Shown in pieces: positions 30,225 to 42,932 of a DNA stretch of 64,000 nt. The DNA is taken from NCBI GenBank assembly GCA_951406725.2, contig OX597815.1, positions 46,128,001-46,192,000 on the forward strand, given 5' to 3'. The translations under genes were made by a program, and so were the position numbers. The notes under the pieces are model-generated. The model saw nothing but the letters and a program-made list of their open reading frames with translations, did not search any database and had not been told where the DNA came from. Position 1 is the first letter of the stretch. Every line of letters starts with the position of its first letter. This DNA comes from Octopus vulgaris. Taxonomy: Eukaryota.

Positions 30225-30654
30225 ATACTACAATTGTGAATAATTGTATATTAAATTTTGAGATACTAGAATGCGTCATCTCAACTCAGTGTCAGAGCGA
30301 GTAGAATTTTCTAATTCTTATGATATCCTAAAACTTGATCTCGAAACGTACGTCCGTAGGTAACTTAAAATTGCATGATGAATTGCCGTCATTTCATTCT
30401 TTCTTTCTTACCTGTCTGTGTTTGCCTTTTAAGTGCTGTGTTTTTGCTGAGATCCCCCTTTTAGTAGAAGGAATAGCTATATCTCTTTGACTGCTATTTC
30501 TAAATTAGGTGTGTTGGTGAGGCAATTCGTTTGCTAAACCCTTAATTACTTAGTATTACTTAAATTTTCCTCGAATGGGGCTTTTACATACCGAAATCTA
30601 CTTGGTGTAATTGATAATTATCCCTAATTAATTAATTTCACCCTTTTATTATTA

Positions 30655-30720
<66 letters not shown>

Positions 30721-31038
30721 GTTATTGAAATATATATAGATCTTAAAATATGAGTATATGTATATTTTTATTTACTTATATTTTTATTAATATTTAGCAG
30801 AAGTAACAGAATTAATAGTTTGATAAATAACTAGTTTCGTAAGCGCTAACTCACGAAACCTCTGTTACTTCTGTTATATATATATATATATATATATATA
30901 GGGAGATGTACTCGCATAGCAAGTAATTTGATCTGAGATCGTGTGCTGAAACGAAAACAATTGCAGCGTGGGAGGTGTTTATAAGCCATTTAAGAAACAC
31001 ACAAAAGCCGTTCGATTCACTCCAACATTTAAGTTTAA

Positions 31039-31088
31039 TTTGTCAAAATATTTTCGTCGCTAAAATCCGCGACCTGTTCACTGACAAA
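31039..31088 (-). ncRNA. Hammerhead motif, G3-C8 core (left arm copy)
   Basis: Exact mirror of 33748-33797. Confidence 0.7.
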
Positions 31089-32092
31089 GTCCGTGCTGCA
31101 TCTAAGAAAGTAACAGTTAGTTCGTCATATATATGTATGTACGTATGTATGTGTGTATGTATGCATACATGTGTGTATGTATGTACGTATTCATGTCCGC
31201 ACATACGCCTGTGTATGCATGTATGTATGTATGTATGTATATATGTATGTGTGTGTATAAGCACGCACATACACTCTATAAAACATAAAGTTATAAACCT
31301 GTAGCGATGGATGGATGTAGAGTGACCACTCATCACAACGCTATCAAATTTCAACTCCCTACGTCCGAGGCTAGAAAGTGAATTTATGACGCTTGCTCAC
31401 AAGAACTATACCCTAAAATCTATTATCAGATTTTTATCTCTATATCACAGAACTAATGTTTTACTATTGTTCGTATGTATGTGCGTATGTATGTATGTAT
31501 GTATGTATGTATGTATGTATGTATGTATGTATGTATGTATGTATGTATGTATGTATGTATGTATGTATGTATGTATGTACATACGTACGCATGTGTATGT
31601 ATGTATACGCGCCTGTATGCATGTGCCCATGTATGTGTGTGTGTACATGTACGTGTGTATGTACGTGTGTATGCCCATACGTAGGTATGTATGTATGTTT
31701 GTATTCATGTGCTACGTATGTATGTGAGTGTCTAGGAGAATGGGCAGATGTGTCCGTGAGAGTGTGTACATGTGTATGTGTATGTGAACGTATGTCCGTG
31801 TACTGGCATGTGTCCGTCCAAGTTGTGTACATGACTGTTACTTAGCTGAAGGTTGTATACATATTTACATATATGTTTGTATAGACGCACACACATATAT
31901 ATATATGTGTGTGGGTGTGTGTTTGTTCCTCTCATCATCGTCGTCTAACCGTGAATGGGTACAACGTCTAGGTGCGACTGTTCGTATCAAACAACGTCTG
32001 CTCATACTGTTGTATATAACTGCACATACGCATTGCAACCTGTATGTAAGGACTACAGGTGAAAGGGAGAGAGAGAGAGGGGTGGTTATAGA

Positions 32093-32426
32093 ATAGTCCT
32101 TCTGAATGGGATCTGGATGTTATTCCATCTGGACTTTCGGTTGAGAGTAGGTTTGTATTCTTGTATACAAACAGCTTCTGTGACCTGTCTCAACATTGCA
32201 TCGGTGGGATGTGTAGATAGGATGTTCAACTTAAGCTCCCTAAGGATCCTTGTGGCAGTCTACAGCATGTTGGTAGAAGATGGAGTTTGGCTTCCTTTCA
32301 ATGTAGTTGTCCAGGTGTTCTTTGAACCTATCATTGATGCTTCTAGAGGTCTCACCTATGTATGACCTGGTTAGCGCGCAAGCTTCTCCTGGCACTTAAT
32401 CTGGTATACAGTGCCCTTGTAAAACC
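32093..32426 (-). pseudogene. Inverted, frameshifted copy of the GIY-YIG coding segment
   Basis: Mirror of 32429-32775 with several 1-bp deletions in G/C runs. Confidence 0.8.
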
Positions 32427-32428
32427 AA

Positions 32429-32775
32429 GGTTTTACAAGGGCACTGTATACCAGATTAAGTGCCAGGAGGGAGCTTGCGCGGCTAACCCGGAGTCATACA
32501 TAGGTGAGACCTCTAGAAGCATCAATGATAGGTTCAAAGAACACCTGGACAACTACATTGAAAGGAAGCCAAACTCCATCTTCTACCAACATGCTGTAGA
32601 CTGCCACAAGGGATCCTTAGGGGAGCTTAAGTTGAACATCCTATCTACACATCCCACCGATGCAATGTTGAGACAGGTCACAGAAGCTGTTTGTATACAA
32701 GAATACAAACCTACTCTCAACCGAAAGTCCGAATGGAATAACATCCAGATCCCATTCAGAAGGACTATTCTATAA
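32429..32775 (+). CDS. 5'-truncated PLE ORF: GIY-YIG endonuclease domain
   Basis: KGTVYQIKC...SYIGETSRSINDRFKEH...HAVDCH...RQVTEAVCIQEYKPTLN shows the GIY and YIG motifs, conserved R/E/N, and CCHH-type residues typical of PLE endonucleases. The first ~22 aa of the track ORF come from the mirror arm. Confidence 0.9.
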
Positions 32776-33747
32776 CCACCCCTCTCTCTCTCTCCCTTTC
32801 ACCTGTAGTCCTTACATACAGGTTGCAATGCGTATGTGCAGTTATATACAACGGTATGAGCAGACGTTGTTTGATACGAACAGTCGCACCTAGGCGTTGT
32901 ACCCATTCACGGTTAGACGACGATGAGAGGAACAAACACACACCCACACACATATATATATATGTGTGTGCGTCTATACAAACATATATGTAAATATGTA
33001 TACAACCTTCAGCTAAGTAACAGTCATGTACACAACTTGGACGGACACATGCCAGTACACGGACATACGTTCACATACACATACACATGTACACACTCTC
33101 ACGGACACATCTGCCCATTCTCCTAGACACTCACATACATACGTAGCACATGAATACAAACATACATACATACCTACGTATGGGCATACACACGTACATA
33201 CGCACGTACATGTACACACACACATACATGGGCACATGCATACGGGCGCGTATACATACATACGCACATGCGTACGTATGTACATACATACATACATACA
33301 TACATACATACATACATACATACATACATACATACATACATACATACATACGCACATACATACGAACAATAGTAAAACATTAGTTCTGTGATATAGAGAT
33401 AAAAATCTGATAATAGATTTTAGGGTATAGTTCTTGTGAGCAAGCGTCATAAATTCACTTTCTAGCCTCGGACGTAGGGAGTTGAAATTTGATAGCGTTG
33501 TGATGAGTGGTCACTCTACATCCATCCATCGCTACAGGTTTATAACTTTATGTTTTATAGAGTGTATGTGCGTGCTTATACACACACATACATATATACA
33601 TACATACATACATACATGCATACACAGGCGTATGTGCGGACATGAATACGTACATACATACACACATGTATGCATACATACACACATACATACGTACATA
33701 CATATATATGACGAACTAACTGTTACTTTCTTAGATGCAGCACGGAC

Positions 33748-33797
33748 TTTGTCAGTGAACAGGTCGCGGATTTTAGCGACGAAAATATTTTGACAAA
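33748..33797 (+). ncRNA. Minimal type-I hammerhead motif with inverted G3-C8 pair
   Basis: Reads tttgtca-GTGAACA-g-gtcgc(ggatttta)gcgac-GAAAA-ta-TTT-tgacaaa. Stem I is 7 bp, stem II is 5 bp, and stem III is the palindrome AAAATATTTT. It is on the same strand as the GIY-YIG ORF. Confidence 0.7.
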
Positions 33798-33874
33798 TTA
33801 AACTTAAATGTTGGAGTGAATCGAACGGCTTTTGTGTGTTTCTTAAATGGCTTATAAACACCTCCCACGCTGCA

Positions 33875-33938
<64 letters not shown>

Positions 33939-34083
33939 TACTTGGAAATGTATGTGTGGCGTTCAATCATATGATAATAATATATATACATACATATATA
34001 CATACATACATACATACACATATATATATATATATATATGTACCCCCTACTGTCACGTTCGTGTTAGAGTGACAGTATACAAC

Positions 34084-34170
<87 letters not shown>

Positions 34171-34277
34171 CACATATGGGTACAGGACGTCACAAAACAT
34201 AAACAACACGAAATAACGAAGGCAAATTTGGTTATGCGAACAACGAGAGAAATAAATGGAAAACAAGACAACATACT

Positions 34278-34368
<91 letters not shown>

Positions 34369-34373
34369 ATATA

Positions 34374-34444
<71 letters not shown>

Positions 34445-34610
34445 ATAGTTATCGCCATACTAATATGGCATTCTTATAAAAATAAGAAAAAAGCTGTCCG
34501 CTTATTAGCTCCATGAGGCCATCGCCTTAAGTTAGCTATTTGATACACAAACTGTATCCATATAACCTTCGAACAAGGGAGGTCAGTCGCTCCACACTAC
34601 TTAACCGGCA

Positions 34611-34652
34611 GCTACAGACGCGTTTCGGGGTATTGCCCCTTTTCAATGCAGC
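34611..34652 (-). ncRNA. Minimal type-I hammerhead motif with U3-A8 pair
   Basis: Reads gctgca-TTGAAAA-gggg(caata)cccc-GAAAC-gc-GTC-tgtagc. Stem III is the palindrome ACGCGT. Confidence 0.75.
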
Positions 34653-34971
34653 GTAGCCAGCCAGTAGGTGTCGCTTCCGACAATCTCTGTTCGATGGTTT
34701 TATTTACCTAGTTTCGGTGGAATACATCCACTTGTTTTCAATAATAGAAATATTAAAATAACTAAGTCTCTCTAAAGAGAACAGCGGCAGTGTTCCCGGA
34801 AAATAATAGTTATCGCCATACTAATATGGCATTCTTATAAAAATAAGAAAAAAGCTGTCCGCTTATTAGCTCCATGAGGCCATCGCCTTAAGTTAGCTAT
34901 TTGATACACAAACTGTATCCATATAACCTTCGAACAAGGGAGGTCAGTCGCTCCACACTACTTGACCGGCA

Positions 34972-35013
34972 GCTACAGACGCGTTTCGGGGTATTGCCCC
35001 TTTTCAATGCAGC
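34972..35013 (-). ncRNA. Second tandem copy of the U3-A8 hammerhead
   Basis: Identical to 34611-34652. Confidence 0.75.
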
Positions 35014-35261
35014 GTAGCCAGCCAGTAGGTGTCGCTTCCGGTCAAGTAGTGTGGAGCGACTGACCTCCCTTGTTCGAAGGTTATATGGATACAGTTTGTG
35101 TATCAAATAGCTAACTTAAGGCGATGGCCTCATGGAGCTAATAAGCGGACAGCTTTTTTCTTATTTTTATAAGAATGCCATATTAGTATGGCGATAACTA
35201 TTATTTTCCGGGAACGCTGCCGCTGTTCTCTTTTAGAGAGACTTAGTTATTTTAATATTTC

Positions 35262-35361
<100 letters not shown>

Positions 35362-35617
35362 AACATGATGATTCATCTTGCTTATTGATTTGTGAAAAAA
35401 ATGCGGTTGGGACGCATTTCATAATTTTCTACATAATCAGGGTTGAATTGTGATTGAAGCTCACCACGAACAACAGTAACAACTATTATACTGCTTGTAT
35501 AACTATTATACTACAACTACAACTGTTATAAATTTAAACCTGAAGTACCCTTTAGTAACAACTCTAGTTGATTGTCCTATTACTTCACTATACTATTACG
35601 CAAATATATTCTTACAC

Positions 35618-35800
35618 TATTTACATTATTTACACTTCACGGATATTTATCCTCATCTTGTTGCTAACACAACGTTTGGGCTGATCCAGCCTTTATCAGG
35701 TGTCTTGGGGGAATTTCGAACGTGGGTTCTCATTCCTAAGGTAGTTTTCGATGTTATAATAATAATAATGATAATAATAATAATGATAATAATAATAATG

Positions 35801-35869
<69 letters not shown>

Positions 35870-36043
35870 TCGAAAAATACCTTATGAATGAGAACCTAGG
35901 TTCGAAATTTCCCCAAGACACCTGATGAAGGCTGGAGGGTATATCAGCCAAAACGTTGTGTTAACAACAAACGAGATGAGGACAAATATCTATCAAATGT
36001 AAATAATGTACATAATTCCTCATCTCTTAAATATAGAACTGTA
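35618..36043. mobile_element. Older PLE-type palindrome with (AAT)n spacer and hammerhead
   Basis: Arms ~35618-35757 and 35865-36013. At 35917-35962 (+) it reads gacac-CTGATGA-a-ggctg...cagcc-AAAAC-GTT-gtgtt (G12 mutated to A). Confidence 0.75.
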
Positions 36044-36329
36044 CTCTTACACTGCTCTACCTTAATGTTAATCTATTGATAATAACCAATGAGGTAGCTA
36101 ATACAACGCCACTTCACATGCTAGAAGTGTCAACAGTTATGTCGTTGCCTTACAGAAATGAAAGATATACTAGACAATGTGAACTTCCGTCAATTGTGTT
36201 TTGATAAAATATGAGATGATCCTCACGCGGAATTCCTGGTCTTAAATCTGTATGTCGAGCATCATATCTGATCTGGAACTTGAACTACAGTCAAGAATAC
36301 TAACACCTTATGGATATTATTGTCTCGAG

Positions 36330-36540
36330 TGCTAGGACTCATAGGGCCAGTTACCTGGTTTACATGGAGTATAAGTGATCGAGATCACAACACAACCTCT
36401 GAACGGGCGCCATTTCCGTCGCTCGGTTATTCATTTATAACTGAATCGACTGGAGCTCAAGAACATAATGCATCGCCCAGCTCGGGATCGAAGTCACGAT
36501 CTTGCGAGCAACGCCTAACAGCTAGGCCACACACCTTCAC
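36330..36540 (-). mobile_element. Decayed SINE related to 14590-14860
   Basis: Shares GGGCCAGTT..C..GTTT.CATGG.GTAT and CTCAAGAACATAA...ATCGAAG.CAC.ATCTT.CGA. Confidence 0.55.
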
Positions 36541-37683
36541 TCATATGCAATAGGATGCTTTAAGTAGCTATAATGATAATATCATAAACCAGTGAGAAAT
36601 AATTTCATAAGCTTAATATTAATTTGATAATTGCTTTGTTAAATTATTAATTATGGTAAATGTTGTGGTTTTAAAGAGCAATTGAAGTCAAATGACGATA
36701 TATTCGGTTAAGAAGGATCTATTACACGATTTCATTGCAAACGATTAAATGATTTCATATAAACAAATAAAAAGCCATATTAAATTACTGTAAATACTTA
36801 AATATAATGAGTATGGATTAAGTGACGATTATAATTCTAACTTTTGAGTAAGTAATGAAATATATATTCATATGCATTCTGATATTTACAAGTGGGTAAT
36901 CATATCTTCTTAATTAAGCTTAAATGAAATCTATCAGTTATACACTTAAATTAATGAAATATTTTATTCATGTGGGAGTGGAGTGTAGTAATAGTGGATT
37001 AATTAATTATTCTATTAATTAAATTAGTTACAATGGAATGAGGTCATCTCTGTTTTAAATTTGATTTCTCATTTCTCCACGTTATATAATTAATAATAAA
37101 CTTTCATTTGTCTTTCACAATAATTTGTTTATAGGCCAATAATATACCAACAAACTTTGAAAGCGATATGCGAATACAAGTTAGAAAGTTATTATACTCC
37201 CATCAAAATATAACCTGACAGGTCCATAGATATCAATATTATGTACAACACCAGGCATATGACCAAACAAAACATCTGAAATCAGTTTCAGAAGGAATAA
37301 TCACTCCTCGATTTGATTGTTGCTATATCTGACATAGATTTTCTTTCCCCCTCAATAAATGAAATCTTTATATAATTCAATTCTTCCGTGGATATTGGCA
37401 GTAACAAACGTCAGAAGTTCACCTGCTCAAATAATACATAGATCCTTTTCTATTTATTTTCTTTATGCATCAGTAAACATTTGTGGTGACCTCGATGTAT
37501 ATGTCTGTTATGTTCGACAAACCGCAATAATTTTTATGCGGTGTTGTATGTATTCACATATATATGCATACATATATAGATACATGCATGCCTACATGCT
37601 CACATGCATATATACATACATGCATACATACATACATACATACATACATACATACATAATGCATACATACATACATACATATA

Positions 37684-37715
<32 letters not shown>

Positions 37716-37759
37716 GATAGATAGATATACAGTAATATTCATACATGTATACATAATGT

Positions 37760-37819
<60 letters not shown>

Positions 37820-37929
37820 GTATTTATGTATGTATTTATGCATACATAAATATTTACATAATATAAAAGTATCTATAAATATGTATAAATACATGCATGC
37901 ATACATACGTACATGCATACAAGCATGCA

Positions 37930-38400
37930 CACATGATGATAAGACAGGGACTTGGGACAGAGAAGAGAAAGAAACTATGTACCGTAGTGTAATTCTGTTG
38001 TCCAACGGATGTCAACATAAAGCTAAAATTCGGTAAATAAAAAAAAACACTTAACGTCGAGCTATTGAGAAATTTACTGCTACTCCTCTCGGTTTACAAG
38101 TTCAGATTCATATCCATAATTACTGTGGCACTAGAATCTGTAACAAACCGCCTCAGTACCTTTCTTGAGAAATAAGGATTCTCAAAACCAGAAAGGAGAA
38201 AGCTACAGGTAGAAGCCATTAATGGAACTGTAAAAATATGTAAAACTTTCCCAAAGTTTAACATATACGTACATATTCACATATTCACAGGTGCAACTAA
38301 ATATATGAGCAAACATACATAGATAGGAAAAAGCATACAGAACTGCACAAGTAATGACTTTAAATTGAAATTCCAATGGATCTAGGTTAGAGACCGGGTC
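37930..38400 (+). mobile_element. 3' end of an RLE-type (R4/Dong-like) LINE, decayed
   Basis: Fragments WDREEK, PTDVNIK, FRFISIITVAL and KLQVEAINGTVKICKTF resemble the restriction-like endonuclease C-terminus. Confidence 0.55.
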
Positions 38401-38914
38401 CTTCTTGGCAAGAAATATATAGATAATCTAAATTATAACATACATAGCTACAGAAAAGTACTCAACATAAAGTAGAGCACGATCAAATTTATTCAGCTGA
38501 TACCTAATTTCTGATACTTTAAGTTTAATGAGTATCCAACCAATCATACGGCCATGCTATACTGTAAAGAAAAAGATACTCTGATTAAAAATGGTGCCAG
38601 GGCATCACATGCTATGTTAGTCATTTGAAAAAGATAGTATTTCCCAATTGAAAATAAAGGTATTTTGATAGACATAGCAGATTTGCTGTATTCTATAATA
38701 TAAACACATGTGACTTGTTGAAAATTAGGAAGACAGTAGCTCGCGCTTTCCACCCGTTTGTTTTTAAAATTATGATTAAGATAGTAAATTCTCGTTATTC
38801 AACTCAGAACGGAAGCACAAACAGGTACCACTCCTACATAAAGCCTAGTAAGAAATAATATATTTCAATAAAAAATCCAACAGCTCTCCCTCAATCACAG
38901 AACATATAGATAAT

Positions 38915-39411
38915 ATTCTTTTCTACACTAGGCACACGCCCGGAAGGGTGAAATGTAAAGTCGACCTCGGCGGAATTTGAACTCGGAACGTAAAGACAGA
39001 CGAAATACCTATTTCTTTACTGCCCACTAGGGGCTTCACACAGAGGGGGCAAATAAGGACAGACAAACGGATTAAGTCGATTATATCGACTCCAGTGCAT
39101 AACTGGTACTTATTTTTTCGACCCCGAAAGGATGAAAGGCAAAGTTGACCTCGGCGGAATTTGAACTCAGAACGTAGCGGCAGACGAAATACTTATTTCT
39201 TTACTACCCACAGAGAGGACAAACAAGGAAAGACGAGCGGACTAAGTCGATTACATCGACCCTAGTGCGTAACTGGTACTTAATTTATTGACCCCGAAAG
39301 GATGAAAGGCAAAGTCTACCACGGCGGAATTTGAACTCAGAACGTAACGGCAGACGAAATACGGCTACACATTTCGCCCGGCGTGCTAACGCTTCTGCCA
39401 GCTCGCCGCCT
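38915..39411 (-). mobile_element. SINE family B, three internal units
   Basis: Core at ~38945, 39125 and 39295. Head ends CAGCTCGCCGCCTT. Confidence 0.88.
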
Positions 39412-39818
39412 TTATAGTATAGACAATATTAGCATATACATTCTATCGCTTATACATTTCAAATGGGATGTTGGGCTATATTTCAGAGGCAGGGGGAGCA
39501 GTGTGAAGTTAAGTGTGAGCTGGAATCAGCTTAAAGGGAGAAGTAAAAATAGGAAGTTTAAGTAGAGAAACATTAAAATTGACAATTTCTGGTTGGGGAT
39601 GATAAATTAAATTAGTCGATGGATGCCGAAAACATGACGCGCACACACACGCGCTTACACGTACACAGTCACAATCTGCTGTCTATTACACATGCACAGG
39701 CTCATGTTTACAAACACAGGAACACAAGTACAATTTAAGTTGAAAGATTAATTTGATGAACATTTGGTAGGCGGAGGTAAAGAAGCAATAATCTTATACA
39801 GTCATCTGCGCGCGTGCA

Positions 39819-39893
<75 letters not shown>

Positions 39894-41957
39894 TATATAT
39901 GTGTATGTATATATGTATTTACGTGTAATATATATTAAAATATGTAAAAATATAAAAATATATATATAAGAAATGAAATATTTGTACGTGGACACAATAT
40001 TAAACGCTGGTTCTATCTGTGATCTTGGAGGCAACCGACTAATTGTCACATATTATATTATAGATAAATTCCTCTATTTACATAATCTCGAGGTCTCATT
40101 CATTCTTTTGTTGTCATATTTTTATTAATATATATATGGAACAAAAACGCAATAGAGGGCATAAGAACACGTTCGGAGAGATAGACGATACAAAGCGGAC
40201 AGGAGAAACAACAATTAGAAGGACAGGCAAAAAAAAAAAAAAAAAATGCGAAGCCCTTGTACTACACTTTGACAATGTTCATATCTTGGCATCTGAAGCA
40301 GCTGGACATACGATAGTTTGACCAAAAGAACCAGCTATTGCAAGCAAAATTAGATATTGAAAATAATCGCATTTGGCCAAATTTGAACATATGACAATTT
40401 AACATAATAGCAACGATATATATATATGTATTCTTTTATTCTTTTATTTGTTTCAGTCATTTTGATGGAGCACCCCTTTATAAATGAATGTGGATGTGTG
40501 TGTGTGCGTGTTTGCATATGTGTGTGCATATGTGTGTATATGCCTGTGTGTGTGTGTTCTTGTGTGTGTGTATCTATGTAAGTATGTATCTCTTGGGTAT
40601 ATGTGTATATGTACATGCATCTCTATGCAGATACGTGCATTTGAAAATCAGGAAATCCACTACTGCTGCAATTAGTACTACCACCATCACCACCGGCACC
40701 GTCCCTATTAGTGCCACTTGGACATTTGTCAAAACCACTACTATGTAAGTCAGAGGAATATGGTAAGGAAGCGACAGAAAGAGGAGGGAGAGGGTAAGAA
40801 TGACAGAAACCAAGGGAATACAAGAATAAGAAAAGTGCGATACATATATTGACTCAATTCCCTCAGTGATATTTATCGAGTCATTCAAGATCGATATAAA
40901 ACTATCGATATTTCATAGAGAACAGCTGTCTACCTGAAAATATTGCAGGTGAGTGAACAAAACTCGATGATTTTTAGTGCTTATTGCCTCGTAGCTATTA
41001 ACCAATATTGGCTACATCCATGTGTTATTCAGACACACAGAGAAACGCACATTACGTTGGTACTAACTCATATACAGAAACATGCAGTCATAAGAATACA
41101 GATGCACTCGCGCGCACACAAAAGCTTCCGCATAAACACATATTTAAATGCATTAATATATTCATCCTCAGAAACGTACTTTTCTATATACATATATACA
41201 TTAATGCATATTTATTCATACATACATTCAAACATACATATATAGATACATACATACATACATACATACATACATACATACATACATACATACATACATA
41301 CATACATACATAATACACACATATATATACATAAATACATTTATATATACATAATGCATTCATGCATATATACTTACAGTCCATACATCCAAACACACAT
41401 TCCTGTACACATGCATGCATTCACACATACATGCATGCGCATATACATGCACACATATGCATATACACATTCACACATACATTTATACATGTATACATTC
41501 ATGCACACACACACACATGTGCATACACACACTTATGCATATATATATATGTATATACATACATACATACATACATACATTCATGCACACATACATACAC
41601 ATACATACACACACACACGTACATACATACATACATACACACACACGTAGGAACATACACACATACAAACATACATATATACATTACATACATACTAAGA
41701 TATACATATGTTCAGAGAATTATGAGTTGTTTCTTCTCACACCTTCCGCCACATACCTTCCTCCTCCTTCTCCTCACAATCCCTGACTTATTCATTTCCT
41801 TCTTCCATTAACTTTTGTTCTCATGCCCTCCTAATCTCACTCTTGCTCACTGTCAGTTAGTTACTCGCTTGACCGGAAGAAGTAATGCTTCATTGCTATT
41901 TCATTTCGTATATAAGTATTTATTATTATGCGAATGCCTGTGTGTTCATGTGTATAT

Positions 41958-42045
<88 letters not shown>

Positions 42046-42260
42046 GAGCTTATATCTATCAAAATATGAGCCTATGGCTCATCAAGACAGCCCGATGAGC
42101 CGTAGGCGAAATAGATTATATCTTGTCGGACTAACGATTATGGATTAAATATTTTATTCACTTTCAGACTTATCTTTCAGTACTTTATCCTAAGTGGCCG
42201 GACAGCTGTTTTTTTTAACTCGCCCCTCTCTGGAACATGTATGTATGTGTGTATGTATGT

Positions 42261-42545
42261 GAAGGCGCATGCCTTAATGGTTAGGGTGTTGCACTCACGA
42301 TTGTGAGATTGTGACTTTGATTCCCAGATCAGGTGTTATGTTGTGTTCTTCAGCAAAACATTCATTTCACGTTACTCTGCGATCATCTGAAATGTGGCAC
42401 GTCTTACACCTGTTCAGGTTACATCGATTTGATGGACAGAGAGAGAGAGAGCTTATGTGAACACAAATATTTGATCACTATAAAAAGTCATCTATGTGGT
42501 TGTTCAGCAAGAAATTGCAGAACCCTCTTGCATGATCTAAGGAAG
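42261..42545 (+). mobile_element. tRNA-derived SINE (family D head), decayed
   Basis: GAAGGCGCATGCCTTAATGGTTAGGG...TTTGATTCCC...TTGTGTTCTTCAGCAA. Confidence 0.65.
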
Positions 42546-42570
42546 GGATTTTCTATGATAAGTATATCTA

Positions 42571-42932
42571 TACGAGGGGAAGTCAAAATATCCGCACTTT
42601 CACCGTAACATATCTTTATTATTGTCACACTGCCTTCTGCGCATACAAGCTTATAGTTGGTACTATTGTTGTCATGTGATCGAAGCATGAGCCTGATCAC
42701 GCCATTTTTCTTTGTGGCTTTACAGTATAAACATTGCCGCTCCACTAGCAAGGTGCACCAAAGAAGAGCAAAAGAGTAGTGATCCGATTTCTTTGGGAAA
42801 AGGGTGTACGATCAACATGCAAGATACAGTGCTTTACTGACCAACAAACTGAAGCCAGCAATTCGCACCAAACGCCGATGCCTATTGTCGCAGAAAGTTT
42901 TGTTGTTGCTTGGCAATGCACGCCTCCATACT
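42571..42932 (+). mobile_element. Internally deleted mariner, 5' part
   Basis: TA-CGAGGGGAAGTCAAAA TIR, N-terminal VVIRFLWEKGV, and LKPAIRTKRRCLLSQKVLLLLGNARLHT (mariner LLLHDNARPH). Confidence 0.85.

Larger units (their letters stand above)
30901..33879. mobile_element. Penelope-like retroelement 3' portion as a 2.9-kb head-to-head palindrome
   Basis: 30957-32426 is the reverse complement of 32429-33879, centred on GTAAAACC-AA-GGTTTTAC. The left arm has an extra 56-bp tail (30901-30956). It contains a GIY-YIG ORF and hammerheads and is flanked by (TA)n. Confidence 0.9.

Noticed and set aside
32362-32428. ATG-initiated N-terminus for the GIY-YIG ORF (stand-alone nuclease gene)
   Set aside because: The ATG and first ~22 codons come from the antisense mirror arm, in a segment with probable indel errors. 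The ORF is a truncated PLE, not an independent gene.
37160-37425. Minus-strand frame GELLTFVTANIHGRIELYKDFIY*GGKK...FGHMPGVVHNIDIYGPVRLYFDG
   Set aside because: It has two in-frame TGA stops and no recognisable motif. BLASTX would be needed to call it an exon or pseudogene.
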